The position numbers and the translations under genes are program-made. Shown here piece after piece: positions 1 to 10,578 of a stretch of 64,000 bases of DNA. Positions within the stretch are counted from its first letter, which is position 1, and the number at the start of each line of letters is the position of its first letter. The notes under the pieces are model-generated. The model did no database searches, was not told the DNA's origin, and was given only the letters and a program-made list of their open reading frames with translations. The DNA comes from Pirellulales bacterium. Lineage in GTDB: Bacteria; Planctomycetota; Planctomycetia; Pirellulales; Lacipirellulaceae. The stretch lies in NCBI GenBank assembly GCA_028279215.1, contig JANQOF010000048.1, forward strand, positions 6,533-70,532. The letters run 5' to 3'.

Positions 1-670
1 ACGTCATTTCGGTATCGACGTAGACGTTGCCGCCCGTTTGATTGGCCAAAGCGGCAAGCAATTGAACGTCACGCTGTGGTCCAACGGCAAAGCTGTTGAC
101 CGAAATCTGATGGTCGCGAAGGTATTCAACCAACCGCTGGAAGGTGTCGCTCTCAAGCAGGTTAACGGGGCTCATGCCGTCGCCGATGTAGACTACCGTT
201 CGAGCGCGATCAGCAGCTCCGTCAAACAACTGGCTCGCGCTGCGAAGTGCCAACTCCATGTCGGTCGAACCGAGCGGCGGTTCGCGACGCACCGCGTCAA
301 CTGCGGCGGCGACGTCCGGCTGCGTGGGCTGGGCGAGCGACTCGTTTAGCGGCCGTGCCGCTAGATCCACGGCCACCACCTGAACGCGATCGGTGTCCTG
401 TAGCAAACCAAGGCAGGATTCTAGCGCGGCAATGGCCGTATCGCGGAACATTCCTGCTTGGCTTGCCGATGTGTCGAACAGCACCACCACGTCGCGCGGC
501 CCGGAAGAGCGATCGCCCGACGGCGGCATCGTGAGCGTGAAGTACGACTGACCATCTTCGGCTTTGTAAGTCTCAAGTCGCGCTTCATCGGCAACCGCCA
601 GTTGGCCCGCCATTGCGAGCGACGCACAGACAGCCATTAGCCAACAGCGTGAACTCATCGAGTTAATCAT
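1..670 (-). CDS. Secreted von Willebrand factor A (VWA) domain protein, partial (runs off the window edge)
   Basis: Not in the ORF track. Manual translation from ATG 670 gives MINSMSSRCWLMAVCASLAMAGQLAVA (signal peptide), then DVVVLFDTSASQ (MIDAS DxSxS), LGSTDMELAL, VVYIGDG and LAALANQTGG. No stop codon before base 1. Confidence 0.8.
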   Translation of the reverse strand, partial: MINSMSSRCWLMAVCASLAMAGQLAVADEARLETYKAEDGQSYFTLTMPPSGDRSSGPRDVVVLFDTSASQAGMFRDTAIAALESCLGLLQDTDRVQVVAVDLAARPLNESLAQPTQPDVAAAVDAVRREPPLGSTDMELALRSASQLFDGAADRARTVVYIGDGMSPVNLLESDTFQRLVEYLRDHQISVNSFAVGPQRDVQLLAALANQTGGNVYVDTEMT

Positions 671-1107
671 CGGGGGTACTCCGAGTAGGTACCAAACGCG
701 CGCTGGCGGCCGCCTGTTCCGCCTCCTCAAGCCGAGGAGTGAACGGCCGCGCAGATTGCCTAACTTATTGCGCCGGCGAGTCTTTGGACATGCCGATACG
801 CTCCAGTTTATTCGCACTCGCGACTGACTGCCACAAGTTTCGAGGCAAAATTGGTGCGAGTTGGTGACGATTTTGCCGATCGCAACGCGCTGCCGGCGTC
901 ACCTTGCCCCCGTTCCATCGCTGTGGCTATGCGTAATTATTGCCGGCAGATACTCGCGATGGCCATAGGCCTTGCGTCGTCGCCGTACGGCCGGTCCGCG
1001 CGAACCGGGCTGCCAATTCCGAACTCCTGTGACTAAACTGGCCGCAAGTCCTTAGTACTCCGTAGTTTAGCGTTCTGGTCATCATTCTCCCGGCTTGTCC
1101 TGGTTAC

Positions 1108-3036
1108 GTGTCGAATCTCGTGCTACTTGCCGCCATCAGTCCGCTTTCGATCGACGGCTGGATCGCTTTGATCGTCATCGGCCTAGTGTTTTTGGGCTTG
1201 GTGCTGCTCCGCAGCGTTCCCATCGAGTTGCTATTCCTTTCGGGTCTGGTCGCCGTCACCCTAACGGGAGTCATCACTCCCAAACAGGCGGTCGCGGGTT
1301 TCGCGAGTCCTGCGGTGCTGTTCATTGCGGCGCTGTTCGCTACCTCTGCGGGCTTACGTAGCACCGGCGCACTCGACTGGATTGGCACGCTGGTGCTCGG
1401 TTCGGCGCAAAGTGAGCGGTCGGCACTTGGGCGACTCGCCGCCACTGTGGTGCCGGTTTCGGCCTTCGTGCTCAACACGCCGCTGGTGGCCATGTTTATG
1501 CCTGTGGTGCTCGACTGGTGCCGGCAGCGGAACGTCTCACCGTCACGGATGCTGATGCCGCTAAGCTACATGACCATCGTGGGCGGCGTTTGCACGCTCA
1601 TTGGCACCAGTACAACGCTGGTGTGCAACGCGAAGCTGGCGCAGCTTCGCGACGAACAACTGGCGGGCGGTGTCGACGCGCCTACGGTCTCGGAACTGGG
1701 ATTTTTCGACATCACGGGCGTGGGCGTCCCCATTGCCATCGCGGGCGTGGTGTACTTGTTGACCGTCGCCCCACGATTGCTTCCCCGTCGTACTGAGATT
1801 ATTCAAGAACTTGGCGACCGGCGCCGCGAGTACCTGCTCGAGATGCTCGTACAGCCGGGCTGCCCGCTAATCGGCAGGACGGTGGAGCAGGCGGGGCTGC
1901 GGAATCTGCCTGGACTATTCCTGATCGAGATCAGTCGCAAAGACGAGATCATCACTCCGGTTACGCCGGCCGACGTCGTGCAGCAGGGTGACCGCATGGT
2001 GTTCACCGGCGTGGTCCAAACGATTGCCGACCTCGAGCGAATCCCGGGGTTGGTGCCTGCGGCCGACATGACCTACGAGTTTCGCCCTGCCCAGCGGACT
2101 CAACGCCGGCTCACCGAGGCGGTGCTGTCTCGCACATCGCCGCTCATCGGTCGAAACGTACGCGAGGCAAACTTCCGACAGCGATACAACGCGGCGATTG
2201 TCGCCGTGCATCGCAATGGCGAACGACTCACCAACAAAATTGGCAATATTCGCCTGGAGCCGGGCGACACTCTGCTGCTGCAAACGCACGCGGAATTCGT
2301 TGAAGCGTATCGAAATAGCCGCGATTTCTACCTGGTGAGCACCCTGGGCGAGACGAGTGCTCGCCGACACGACAGGGCGTTGGTCGCCGGCGGATTGTTT
2401 CTGCTGATGATCGTCTGGCTTACGGTGGCTGGCATCTTTGGCGGGTCCGACAACCTGGGCATGTTCGGCGCGCTGCTAGCCAACAAGCCACAGGCGATCA
2501 TCGCCTTCACGATTGCTGTGTTGATGATCGCCACGCGGTCGATGACCACCGAAGAAGCCCGTTCGGCCGTTGACTTACAAGTGATCATCACAATCGCCGC
2601 AGCCATCGGCCTGGGCCAAGCGCTGGAAACCAGCGGGCTAGCTGCCACTGTTGCCGGCGGCATCGTCTCGGGCACGGCCTCGCTGGGCATTCCGCCCAAC
2701 ATTCAGCCACTCATGCTACTAGGACTCGTCTATTTGGTAACGGCCTTGTTTACGGAGATGATCTCGAACGTGGCGGTCGCAGCCATGATGATCCCCATCG
2801 CGGTGGGCGTTGCGCTCGCCGGCCCCGGTGGCGGCTACGCTACTCGGCCCTTTGTGCTCGCGGTAGCGCTTGCTGCCTCACTCAGCTTCGCCACGCCGAT
2901 CGGCTACCAAACCAACTTGATGGTCATGGGCCCTGGCGGTTATCGCCCAGCCGACTACCTGCGCGTCGGATTGCCGCTCACATTCCTACTTGTCGTGCTG
3001 AGCGTGGTGCTGATTCCTATGGTCGCGCCGTTTTGA
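1108..3036 (+). CDS. SLC13/DASS-family anion permease with TrkA-C domains
   Basis: 642 aa with hydrophobic N- and C-terminal halves; motifs [32 protein letters not shown] and [20 protein letters not shown]; two central TrkA-C-like repeats. Confidence 0.9.
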   Translation: MSNLVLLAAISPLSIDGWIALIVIGLVFLGLVLLRSVPIELLFLSGLVAVTLTGVITPKQAVAGFASPAVLFIAALFATSAGLRSTGALDWIGTLVLGSAQSERSALGRLAATVVPVSAFVLNTPLVAMFMPVVLDWCRQRNVSPSRMLMPLSYMTIVGGVCTLIGTSTTLVCNAKLAQLRDEQLAGGVDAPTVSELGFFDITGVGVPIAIAGVVYLLTVAPRLLPRRTEIIQELGDRRREYLLEMLVQPGCPLIGRTVEQAGLRNLPGLFLIEISRKDEIITPVTPADVVQQGDRMVFTGVVQTIADLERIPGLVPAADMTYEFRPAQRTQRRLTEAVLSRTSPLIGRNVREANFRQRYNAAIVAVHRNGERLTNKIGNIRLEPGDTLLLQTHAEFVEAYRNSRDFYLVSTLGETSARRHDRALVAGGLFLLMIVWLTVAGIFGGSDNLGMFGALLANKPQAIIAFTIAVLMIATRSMTTEEARSAVDLQVIITIAAAIGLGQALETSGLAATVAGGIVSGTASLGIPPNIQPLMLLGLVYLVTALFTEMISNVAVAAMMIPIAVGVALAGPGGGYATRPFVLAVALAASLSFATPIGYQTNLMVMGPGGYRPADYLRVGLPLTFLLVVLSVVLIPMVAPF

Positions 3037-3070
3037 GTCGATCCGACGAACTCGCTAGTTCCCTGAGCGT

Positions 3071-3148
3071 AGAGGGTGGCCGAAGACCGGGGGGCGACTG
3101 TCGACCTGACAGCCACCCCAACCCTCTCCCGCACAGGGGGCAAGGGGG
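3071..3148. repeat. Degenerate REP/BIME-like palindromic pair
   Basis: gagggtggccgaagaccgggggg and ccaccccaaccctctcccgcacagggggcaaggggg resemble the widespread GGGAGAGGG/CCCTCTCCC REP family. Confidence 0.4.
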
Positions 3149-3342
3149 CAGTGTTCGAACTTCCACTATCTAAACCACCGCCCCCCGCCTATTGGTAAGG
3201 CTTGCGGATTCTGAGGAAGGCGTAGGCTGCGTAAAGAATTCTCGCCATCGGACGACATGGCGGACGAATTAGCATGGTGGGTGGTCGCAAGGTTTGCTGG
3301 TGCGACGCACACGGATTACGTCCTCAACTGGGTTGACTCTCC

Positions 3343-4224
3343 ATGGATGGTTGTCGGCAGCAAATTCTGCTCCTACTATTCGCTACGGTCTCTTTGCTGA
3401 GCCATTCAGATTCGAGTGGTCAACTGTTCGAATTCTGCGACGATTTTACCAAGCCGTACTGTTGTCAACGGAATCCCTATGAGGAGCGGATCGAGACCGA
3501 TCGACACGACTTCACGCAGTCGGCGGTCACCGTCGGTACCGGCGTCGCGCAGCTTGAAGGTGGTTACACCTACTTCTACAAAGAGACAGCCGACGAACGC
3601 GAATCGGCGCACACCACGCCGGAAATGCTTCTCCGAATCGGTCTGAGCGAAGACATCGAGTTTCGGCTTCGCTGGAACTACGCCTGGGTATTTGTCGATG
3701 AAGAGAATGACCGCACTGGTGCGGAAGATCTCCGCTACGCACTGAAGTTGCAAATGACTCGTCAATGCCGGTGTGGATTGACGCCCACCAGCGCCTTGGA
3801 AGTGCGAGGTACAGCTCCAACCGGTGGCAAGGCATTCACTACCGAACAAGCCGAGTTCAGCCTCGATTATATTTATCAGTGGGACCTGGGCGACGGGGCA
3901 ACTGTTGCCGGATCGACAGGCTTTGGCACCAATGGCTTTGGCGACTTCGGCCTTGTACCGGACGAGCCGACCAACGAAAAGTTCAACTTTCTAACTCAAT
4001 CGGTGGTCGCTGGCGTCGAGCTATCCGAGGACAATACGATCTACTTCGAGTGGTTTACTATCCTCTCCGATGGGCTTGACGATGAGTTCGTCGTTTCGGT
4101 CTACAACATCGGAATCGACCACTACGTAACCGACAACTTCGTGGTCGACGTGCGAGCAGGTGTAGGCCTGTCTGCCGATTCCGACGACTTCTTCATCGGT
4201 ATCGGTGGTGGGTATCGGTTCTGA
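3343..4224 (+). CDS. Putative outer-membrane beta-barrel, 'transporter'/MetA-pathway phenol degradation-like family
   Basis: Signal-like N-terminus, [22 protein letters not shown] motif, alternating beta-strand pattern, C-terminal Phe (GGGYRF). Confidence 0.75.
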   Translation: MDGCRQQILLLLFATVSLLSHSDSSGQLFEFCDDFTKPYCCQRNPYEERIETDRHDFTQSAVTVGTGVAQLEGGYTYFYKETADERESAHTTPEMLLRIGLSEDIEFRLRWNYAWVFVDEENDRTGAEDLRYALKLQMTRQCRCGLTPTSALEVRGTAPTGGKAFTTEQAEFSLDYIYQWDLGDGATVAGSTGFGTNGFGDFGLVPDEPTNEKFNFLTQSVVAGVELSEDNTIYFEWFTILSDGLDDEFVVSVYNIGIDHYVTDNFVVDVRAGVGLSADSDDFFIGIGGGYRF

Positions 4225-4299
4225 CCGGTGGGTCGAGATTCCAGTCGTCGCGACTTAGCGGGTCGCTTGGCGATGACGCATCGCGACTAGATTTCTGCT

Positions 4300-5691
4300 T
4301 AGTACTACAGTTGCGCTTCATGCTTTTTGGCTGATTTGATATGGTTTCTCCGTTCAGTTCCGGAGGACAAGGATGCTCGAATCAGCGTTTTTCATTCCGT
4401 TTGCAGAGTTGATGGATCGACTCGGTGATCACTTTTCTCACCGCGATCTGTTGCGTCAGGCGGGTTCGTATTTGGGCGGCCTGCTCTCGCAAGTCGATCG
4501 CAAGGACAGCTGAAAGATAGCGGAAATGACCGGTGAGGAAACCCCGCATGACTTTCAGCGTCTGCTTGGCCGTGCTCGCTGGGATGCCGAAGCGGTGCGC
4601 GATGATCTCCGTCAATATGTCGCTGAGCATTTGGGCGATCCCGACGGAGTACTGATTTATTGATGAAGCCGGTTTATTGAAAAAGGGAAGCAAGTCTGCT
4701 GGTGTCTCTCGTCAATACTCTGGCACAGCGGGGGTATCGAAAACCGCCAGATCGGAGGGTTCATCGCGTGTCGTAGCTAGCACGGCCACGCCCCGGTGGA
4801 CCGCGCACTTGACCTGACCAAGTGTTGGACCGAAGACGAAGGTCGCTCCAGAGAAGCAAGCATTCCCGAAGAGGTAGAGTTTGCCACGAAGCCAGCATTA
4901 GCGTGTCAGATGCTGCACCGCGCACTGGACTCCGATCTTCAGGCGAGTTGGGCGACCGCGGACGAAATCTACGGTCGCGACTCGCAATTTCGGAAACTCC
5001 TAGAAAAACAGGGAGTGGGCTATGTTTTCGCTGTGTCGTGCCATCAGCGATTGTTTCTCGATGGCCAGCACGGGCGCGTCGTCGATGAGCACGCCCCAAA
5101 CATTCCCAAACGGCAGTGGAAAAAAACTCAGTTGTGGCGCTGGCAGCAAAGGTCAGCGGTTCTATCAGTGGGTCTTTGTGTCTTTTCCCTTCCCGACAGA
5201 CGAAGGAGTGCATAAAGGGTTGCTAATGCAGCGTTCGCTGAAGAACCCCGACCAGCTCGCATACTACTTCACCCATGCTGCCACAGGAACGAACCTGAAG
5301 AAGCTGGTCGAAGTGGCTGGTTCTCGTTGGGCCATCGAAGAGTGTTTTGAGCAAGCCAAAGGCGAAACGGGGCTCGACGAGTACCGAGTGCGTAGCTGGA
5401 CCGGTTGGCATCGTCATATCACGTTGTCGATGTTCGCTCAGGCATTCTTGTCGGTCGTGCGCAACAACAGCAACTCGCGGGTGAAAAAAGAACGCTGGTG
5501 ACTTGCTGATTCCTTTGACTGTCCCTGAAGTACGTAGACTACTTGTTCATCTGGTACTCACACGGTCGAAACAGCGATCTCGAATCCTCGCCTGATCCAA
5601 TTGGCGCCGAGCCCACCAAGCGAATGCAAGAAAACACCACTACCAATCCCGTGGATACCCGCCCTGATAACGATGCGCAACTGTAGTACTA
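4300..5691 (+). mobile_element. IS701-family insertion sequence, about 1.39 kb, degenerate
   Basis: Perfect 17-bp inverted repeats tagtactacagttgcgc (4300-4316) and gcgcaactgtagtacta (5675-5691) enclose IS701-type transposase remnants. Confidence 0.85.
4373..5667 (+). pseudogene. IS701-family DDE transposase pseudogene
   Basis: GGAGGA RBS then ATG 4373. Fragments [70 protein letters not shown] and LIPLTVPEVRRLL. In-frame stops at 4511, 4778 and 5593; frameshifts near 4655, 4733, 5120 and 5485. Confidence 0.9.
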
Positions 5692-5981
5692 GTCGTTGCT
5701 GGCTACTGGACGCGGTCGTTCTTGGCAGCATTTTCGCCGACGACATCGTGCCGCTCTCGTTGGGGTGGCTCTCTCATCCCATTACTGGTGACAGTTCACC
5801 TTCGGGGTGATTCGCACCACAAACAATTGCTGCCAAACAGTTTACGACAAGCATCTGTCTCCGTCCTCCTCATCATGAGGACAGTCGATCCGATTCTGAA
5901 TCGAAGGCGGAGAAGTTTCTGAGCTGCACAAGTTGTTTCTAACACGAGGGTTAGGTCACCTATTTCCCCCCAAACGGGTCA

Positions 5982-5998
5982 TTGGCACACCGCTCGCT
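5982..5998 (+). promoter_or_regulatory. Candidate sigma54 (-24/-12) promoter
   Basis: TTGGCACACCGCTCGCT: GG at 5984-5985 and GC at 5996-5997 in canonical spacing, one mismatch to TTGCW. Confidence 0.4.
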
Positions 5999-6189
5999 TA
6001 AATGCAGCGCCGCGGGAGATGGCCGGCGTTGCGTCGATGGCAGCTTTCCGCAACAGCACAGTTGCAACTTGGCAGACCAATCGCCTTGCGATCGGAGTTG
6101 TCACGGGTGCAGCAGCAACTTGTATTGGGACGCCGCTCCGGCTTCGGGTGCGGTCAGGTTCTCCAGCTTTAGCGAATGGGAGCTCGGCA

Positions 6190-6366
6190 ATGAGTATTGA
6201 GCAAGTTTACGAAAGCGCTGAAACGAAGTACGGCAACGACAGCTTTCAACAGATTCGTAGCAACAGCCACAGTAAGCGTCGCGCACCACAAAGCCGCCGA
6301 CGTGGCAAGTCACCACAGTCGTTCAACGGCATGCATCGTCGTCGACGCAAGAAGGTGACTTGGTAA
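6190..6366 (+). CDS. Small Arg/Lys-rich hypothetical protein (58 aa) ending GMHRRRRKKVTW
   Basis: GGGAG RBS 7 nt before ATG 6190 (ORF track starts at 6019); shares a C-terminal motif with 7373..7570. Confidence 0.65.
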   Translation: MSIEQVYESAETKYGNDSFQQIRSNSHSKRRAPQSRRRGKSPQSFNGMHRRRRKKVTW

Positions 6367-6721
6367 CTGGTAGTGGCGTCCGTGGCTTGGCTCTCAGTGG
6401 CCCGATGGTTCCACGTCGTGTGAGATTGTTGCGCGATTAAAGGGTACCGACCGGCGAGTGATTATAGCGGAGTAGCCCAGTTGTGGTTGCTAGTAAAAAC
6501 GCACGCAAGATTGGATCCGCCATGAGAGCTGAACCCAGAGCGACGCAACGACTAGTCGCCGCATTGACGCGCGATGGTGCATGGATGGCTACACGATGGA
6601 ACAACCTATGAAGAGGCAACCACGCATGTCGTGGATTGACGCATCGTGCAACTCCGCTTGGAAGGATGTTGCAAGGTGATACGGCGACTTACGAAATAGA
6701 TCAAACCCCCAATCTTCAGCG

Positions 6722-7261
6722 ATGAACTCGATGGCATCAAGCTCTGCTCAACTAGCAGTAGCGGACGATAACAGCGCGGCAGTTGCAAGGGCCGGTCCGG
6801 CAATTGTGATGCGCTGCTTACTCGTATCAGTTGACCAGCGCAGTACGGAGTTGGTAGAGGCAACCGCGAGCAGCGAAGGATGGCTCGCGGAGAAGTGCCG
6901 CGCTGTCGATCAGGCGATGCGCTTGGCGTTTCGAAAGGAGTTCCACCTAGCGTTTGTGGACATTCAAAGCGTAGGTGGTGGCGAACAGCAAATGGAGTTC
7001 GAACAACTTGCGCACGACCTGGCGCACAACCATGTGCCGTTGCTGGTAATCAGTGGTAATCCAGACGATCCTTTGGCAGAAATTCATGCCCGACAGTTGG
7101 GCGTATGGCTTTACCTTCCAGGATTCGACGGGATGACGGAACTGGATGTCGTGTTTCGCGAAGCGCGAGCCGTTCACGAAAGACTGCGGGCGGATAGGCC
7201 CGCAGATAACAGGCAACTACTTGGAAGCATCGAGCAGTCTGCTTCATCCAGAACCAGATAG
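6722..7261 (+). CDS. Atypical CheY-like receiver domain protein
   Basis: Receiver-like pattern CLLVSVD..HLAFVDI..LLVISG..ARQLGVWLYLPG; the conserved Lys of the KP motif is absent. Start may be ATG 6809. Confidence 0.7.
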   Translation: MNSMASSSAQLAVADDNSAAVARAGPAIVMRCLLVSVDQRSTELVEATASSEGWLAEKCRAVDQAMRLAFRKEFHLAFVDIQSVGGGEQQMEFEQLAHDLAHNHVPLLVISGNPDDPLAEIHARQLGVWLYLPGFDGMTELDVVFREARAVHERLRADRPADNRQLLGSIEQSASSRTR

Positions 7262-7372
7262 CGCAGGCAGGGATGTCGTCGGTGTTTAGGAATTGGTTGA
7301 GACTTCAACCGCATACGAAGGCAGGTCGGCGTGCAAGATGCAACCGGCCGCCACAACACGAGGGGTGTTGTT

Positions 7373-7570
7373 GTGACTGACCGAAACCTACAGAGCGCGA
7401 TGGACGAATCGGAGCCTGAAACTCGTGATAGATCAGGTGCTTCGCCCACGCGCCAAAGAAACTCCAAGAAGAGGATTAGTCGCAATGCACGTAGCAATGC
7501 GAAACGAGGCAAACGCCGCAGCGCACCTGGTGGCATCCATCAGCGCCGGAATAAGCGATCGAGCTGGTAG
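7373..7570 (+). CDS. Small Arg/Lys-rich hypothetical protein (about 56-65 aa) ending GIHQRRNKRSSW
   Basis: GAGGGG RBS before GTG 7373 (alternative ATG 7400); C-terminal motif shared with 6190..6366; weak -24/-12-like site at 7327-7342. Confidence 0.6.
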   Translation: MTDRNLQSAMDESEPETRDRSGASPTRQRNSKKRISRNARSNAKRGKRRSAPGGIHQRRNKRSSW

Positions 7571-7685
7571 CTTTGGTCCAACCTAAATTGCGCGCACTGA
7601 ACAGTGGCAAGCACCTGCCGCTTGCCTGGAAGAAATGCGCATCGTTGCTCCATCATGTTTTTTTGTTTTCCAAGGGGATTTGAAA

Positions 7686-8450
7686 ATGGGACTCGCTTCA
7701 ATGAAGAACTGCACCTCTCTGGCGGTCGTCGCCTGTCTGGCATTTGCCACCGTAGCCGGTGCCGGAACTATTAACCTCAACATGGAAGGTCTGGATCTTA
7801 TGTACGATGGTCCGGCAAACGTCGTCCGCGACCTGAGTTCACTGGGGACTCCTGCTGGCGGGAATCTTGATCCAGATGAGTCCGATCGCCTTGATGCCGC
7901 CACGTTCACCTTCGACGATATGGTGGTCGAACAGTACACCGCGTCAGACATGATCTTCGCAGACATCTTGGTGGAGAATCTGCCTGGCATGATTACCGCA
8001 CCAGACATCAACAGCATTCCCGACCCCGGCCCAGTGACGTTCGTCCTTGGAGACAATCAGGGCGGCTTTGGATTCGACTGGTTCCACGTGGTCGATGGTT
8101 CGGTCGAAAGTTCGTTGGAACTTAACTTTGATCAAGTGGTCGTCACACTAATGGATACTGGTGCTGGCGATCCCATCATTACCATCAGTGCATCGACAAC
8201 GAACTGGACGTCGTTCAACTTGCCCGGCCTATTGGCATTTGATCCTGGGACCCTGCTGCGATTCTCGTACACCGCCCAAAATACCGCTGCGGCACCCAAT
8301 GACGCCGAAGCGTACGACGTCGTCTTCGGCATGAAGGGCGTTGCCACTATCTCTGGCGAAGGCACCAACATTCCGGAGCCGTCGGCCGCCTACCTGATGC
8401 TCCTCGGAATGGGAGCAGCGGTGGCGATCGCCAGATATCGCCTGGGCTAG
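7686..8450 (+). CDS. PEP-CTERM sorting domain protein
   Basis: Signal peptide MGLASMKNCTSLAVVACLAFATVAGA; C-terminal IPEPSAAYLMLLGMGAAVAIARYRLG. Confidence 0.85.
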   Translation: MGLASMKNCTSLAVVACLAFATVAGAGTINLNMEGLDLMYDGPANVVRDLSSLGTPAGGNLDPDESDRLDAATFTFDDMVVEQYTASDMIFADILVENLPGMITAPDINSIPDPGPVTFVLGDNQGGFGFDWFHVVDGSVESSLELNFDQVVVTLMDTGAGDPIITISASTTNWTSFNLPGLLAFDPGTLLRFSYTAQNTAAAPNDAEAYDVVFGMKGVATISGEGTNIPEPSAAYLMLLGMGAAVAIARYRLG

Positions 8451-8507
8451 CTACCGACACGAAACTGCCGGCAAGGTCCCGCCTTGCCAACCGTACAAGT
8501 TGCTGCG

Positions 8508-8544
8508 AACCGACCGAGGTGTCCCCTTCCTCGGTCGGTTTTTT
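8508..8544 (+). terminator. Intrinsic terminator
   Basis: 12-bp perfect stem aaccgaccgagg/cctcggtcggtt, 9-nt loop, followed by a T run, downstream of the PEP-CTERM gene. Confidence 0.8.
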
Positions 8545-8670
8545 GCTGCGCCGAGAGCGGTACTTGAGCCGTCTTGTGCCGTATTTTCGCCCTGCGGGAC
8601 ATGTGCTAAGCTACACGGCTTTCCGGCACGATTGGGCGCGGGGTGTGTCGTCTGTTCCACCGAGGTTCCT

Positions 8671-9753
8671 ATGTCTGAACATGAGCAAGCTAACGAAACG
8701 CCAAGCCCTGCGCAGCACGTTTCGTTGTCGCGCGTATTCAAGACGGTCGTTCCGATCGTCATCGTGTTGGTTGCCGGCGCCTGGGCGGCGCAGACGCATT
8801 GGCAAACTTCCGCGCAACGAGACCTCGAAGCGAGTCAACTTGGCCGACTCCTGGGGCGTGAAGGTGCAGAACCCGTGGTCTACATCGAGTTTGTTGACGG
8901 CGACGGCGACCTGCTCGCCGATGCACCGACAGACGACAAATGTGTAACTCCTGATAAAATCGTATTCTCGTATGTTGCCGAAGAAGACCCGGGAGACGTT
9001 GCTGCCACATGGCAGCCATGGCTCGATCAACTCGCCGAAGCGACTGGCTTGCCCACCGAATACGCACAGTTCACGAAAGTCGACGATCAACTCAAGGCCC
9101 TCGGAAACGGTGGACTTCATATCACAGCGGTTAATACGGGTGCCGTGCCTATGGCGGTGACCACGGCCGGGTTCATTCCGGTTTGCACCTTCGGCACCGA
9201 CGGCGATTTCGGCTACACGATGAACCTGATCGTCCCCGCCAAAGGTTCGGCCAAGGAGGTCACCGACTTGCGAGGCAAGAAGATCACCTTCGTTAGACCC
9301 AACTCTAACTCCGGATTCAAAGCGGCTCTTGTCTACTTGATGTCGGAGCACGACATGCTCCCTGAACGCGACTATCAGTACGGTTTCTCGATGGGACACG
9401 ACGCATCAATCCAAGAAGTGGCCAATGGCAAGACCGATGCAGCCCCTGTGGCCAGCGACCTGTTCGATCGCATGGCCGCTGCGGGCGAAGTGGACGACTC
9501 GTCCGTGCGGGTGATCTACAAGTCGGAGCGATTTCCTCCGGTAGCGCTGGGTTATGCATACAATCTGGCGCCAACACTGCGCGATGCGATTACCCAACAA
9601 CTCAGCGATTTTGATTGGGAGGGGACGCCGTTTGGCGATGCGTACGGTGCTTCGGGCGCTACGGGTTTTGTTCCGGTCAACTACAAGGACGACTGGGCCA
9701 ACATCCGTCGTATCGACGACACCATCGATCGTGCGCGCGAGTCACGGCAATAG
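8671..9753 (+). CDS. PhnD/PtxB-like phosphate/phosphite/phosphonate-binding protein
   Basis: Motifs DLRGKKITFVRPNSNSGF, GHDASIQEV, DAAPVASD and IYKSERFPP; N-terminal TM helix; start moved to ATG 8671. Confidence 0.85.
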   Translation: MSEHEQANETPSPAQHVSLSRVFKTVVPIVIVLVAGAWAAQTHWQTSAQRDLEASQLGRLLGREGAEPVVYIEFVDGDGDLLADAPTDDKCVTPDKIVFSYVAEEDPGDVAATWQPWLDQLAEATGLPTEYAQFTKVDDQLKALGNGGLHITAVNTGAVPMAVTTAGFIPVCTFGTDGDFGYTMNLIVPAKGSAKEVTDLRGKKITFVRPNSNSGFKAALVYLMSEHDMLPERDYQYGFSMGHDASIQEVANGKTDAAPVASDLFDRMAAAGEVDDSSVRVIYKSERFPPVALGYAYNLAPTLRDAITQQLSDFDWEGTPFGDAYGASGATGFVPVNYKDDWANIRRIDDTIDRARESRQ

Positions 9754-9762
9754 CAACCCTCG

Positions 9763-10578
9763 CTAGTTTCTAGCCGCAACAAGTCGTTGCCGCCGTGCTT
9801 CGTAAAACAGCACCGCCGCAGTCGCGGCCACGTTGAGGCTATCAGCCACGCCGGACATCGGTAACGTGACGCCAACCGATTCGCCGCCATGCCAGTCGTC
9901 GGGCAGGCCTTCTGCCTCGTTGCCCAGCACGATTGCGCCACCGACTGTGTAGTCGACGTTGTAGTAGGGCTGGCTCGCGTCGGGCCGCGCTGCCCATACC
10001 GCCAATTCTCGATCGTCAAGCCACTTGAATGTCGCGTCGGTCGTCGCCACGACGACGTTCGATTGAAACACGGCCGCAACGCTCGCGCGGACTGCATTCG
10101 GGTTAAAGAGATCGATCACCGGGTCGACCACCACTACCGCGTCGACGCCTGCTCCGTCGGCCGAACGCAACATGGCGCCCAGGTTCCCGGGCTTCTCAAT
10201 ACCCACTAGCACGGCCACCAGTGGGCTCTCTGGAAGGGCGAGGTCCGTCAGCCCGCGGCGTGGCGTGGCGAACACCGAAACCACCCCGTCCAAGCGGTCG
10301 CCGTAGGCGATTTTGTTGAACACTTCGTCCGAAACTTCAATGCACTCCGCGCCGGATGTGGCGAGCAACTCGACCACATCGCTTGCGTCCGCATGTCGAT
10401 ACAGCTCGCCACACCAATAGCACTCAATTGGATGCGCGCCAGCTTCCAACGCTCGACGGGATTCGCGCACCCCATACACGAGCGCTCGATCAAGTGCGTC
10501 GCGCTGCCCGCGGCTGCGAAGCGCGCAAACCGCCTTGACGCGTGGGTTTTGGCGACTGGTGATCACTGGGAAGGACAC
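9763..10578 (-). CDS. SpoU/TrmH-family RNA 2'-O-methyltransferase
   Basis: ITSRQNPRVK, EKPGNLGAMLRSADGAG, IVLGNEAEGL, LPMSGVADSLNVAATAA; AAGGAG RBS before GTG 10578. Confidence 0.92.
   Translation of the reverse strand: MSFPVITSRQNPRVKAVCALRSRGQRDALDRALVYGVRESRRALEAGAHPIECYWCGELYRHADASDVVELLATSGAECIEVSDEVFNKIAYGDRLDGVVSVFATPRRGLTDLALPESPLVAVLVGIEKPGNLGAMLRSADGAGVDAVVVVDPVIDLFNPNAVRASVAAVFQSNVVVATTDATFKWLDDRELAVWAARPDASQPYYNVDYTVGGAIVLGNEAEGLPDDWHGGESVGVTLPMSGVADSLNVAATAAVLFYEARRQRLVAARN

Noticed and set aside
4511-4513. In-frame TGA codons in the transposase as possible recoding
   Set aside because: A TAG stop and several frameshifts accompany them, so simple decay explains them.
6019-6189. 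Longer 115-aa version of the first small basic protein
   Set aside because: The RBS-like GGGAG is only 1 nt from ATG 6019 but well spaced for ATG 6190.
7604-7630. TGGCA..TGC motifs upstream of PEP-CTERM genes (also near 42540) as sigma54 promoters
   Set aside because: GG-to-GC spacing is one base short of the strict -24/-12 requirement.
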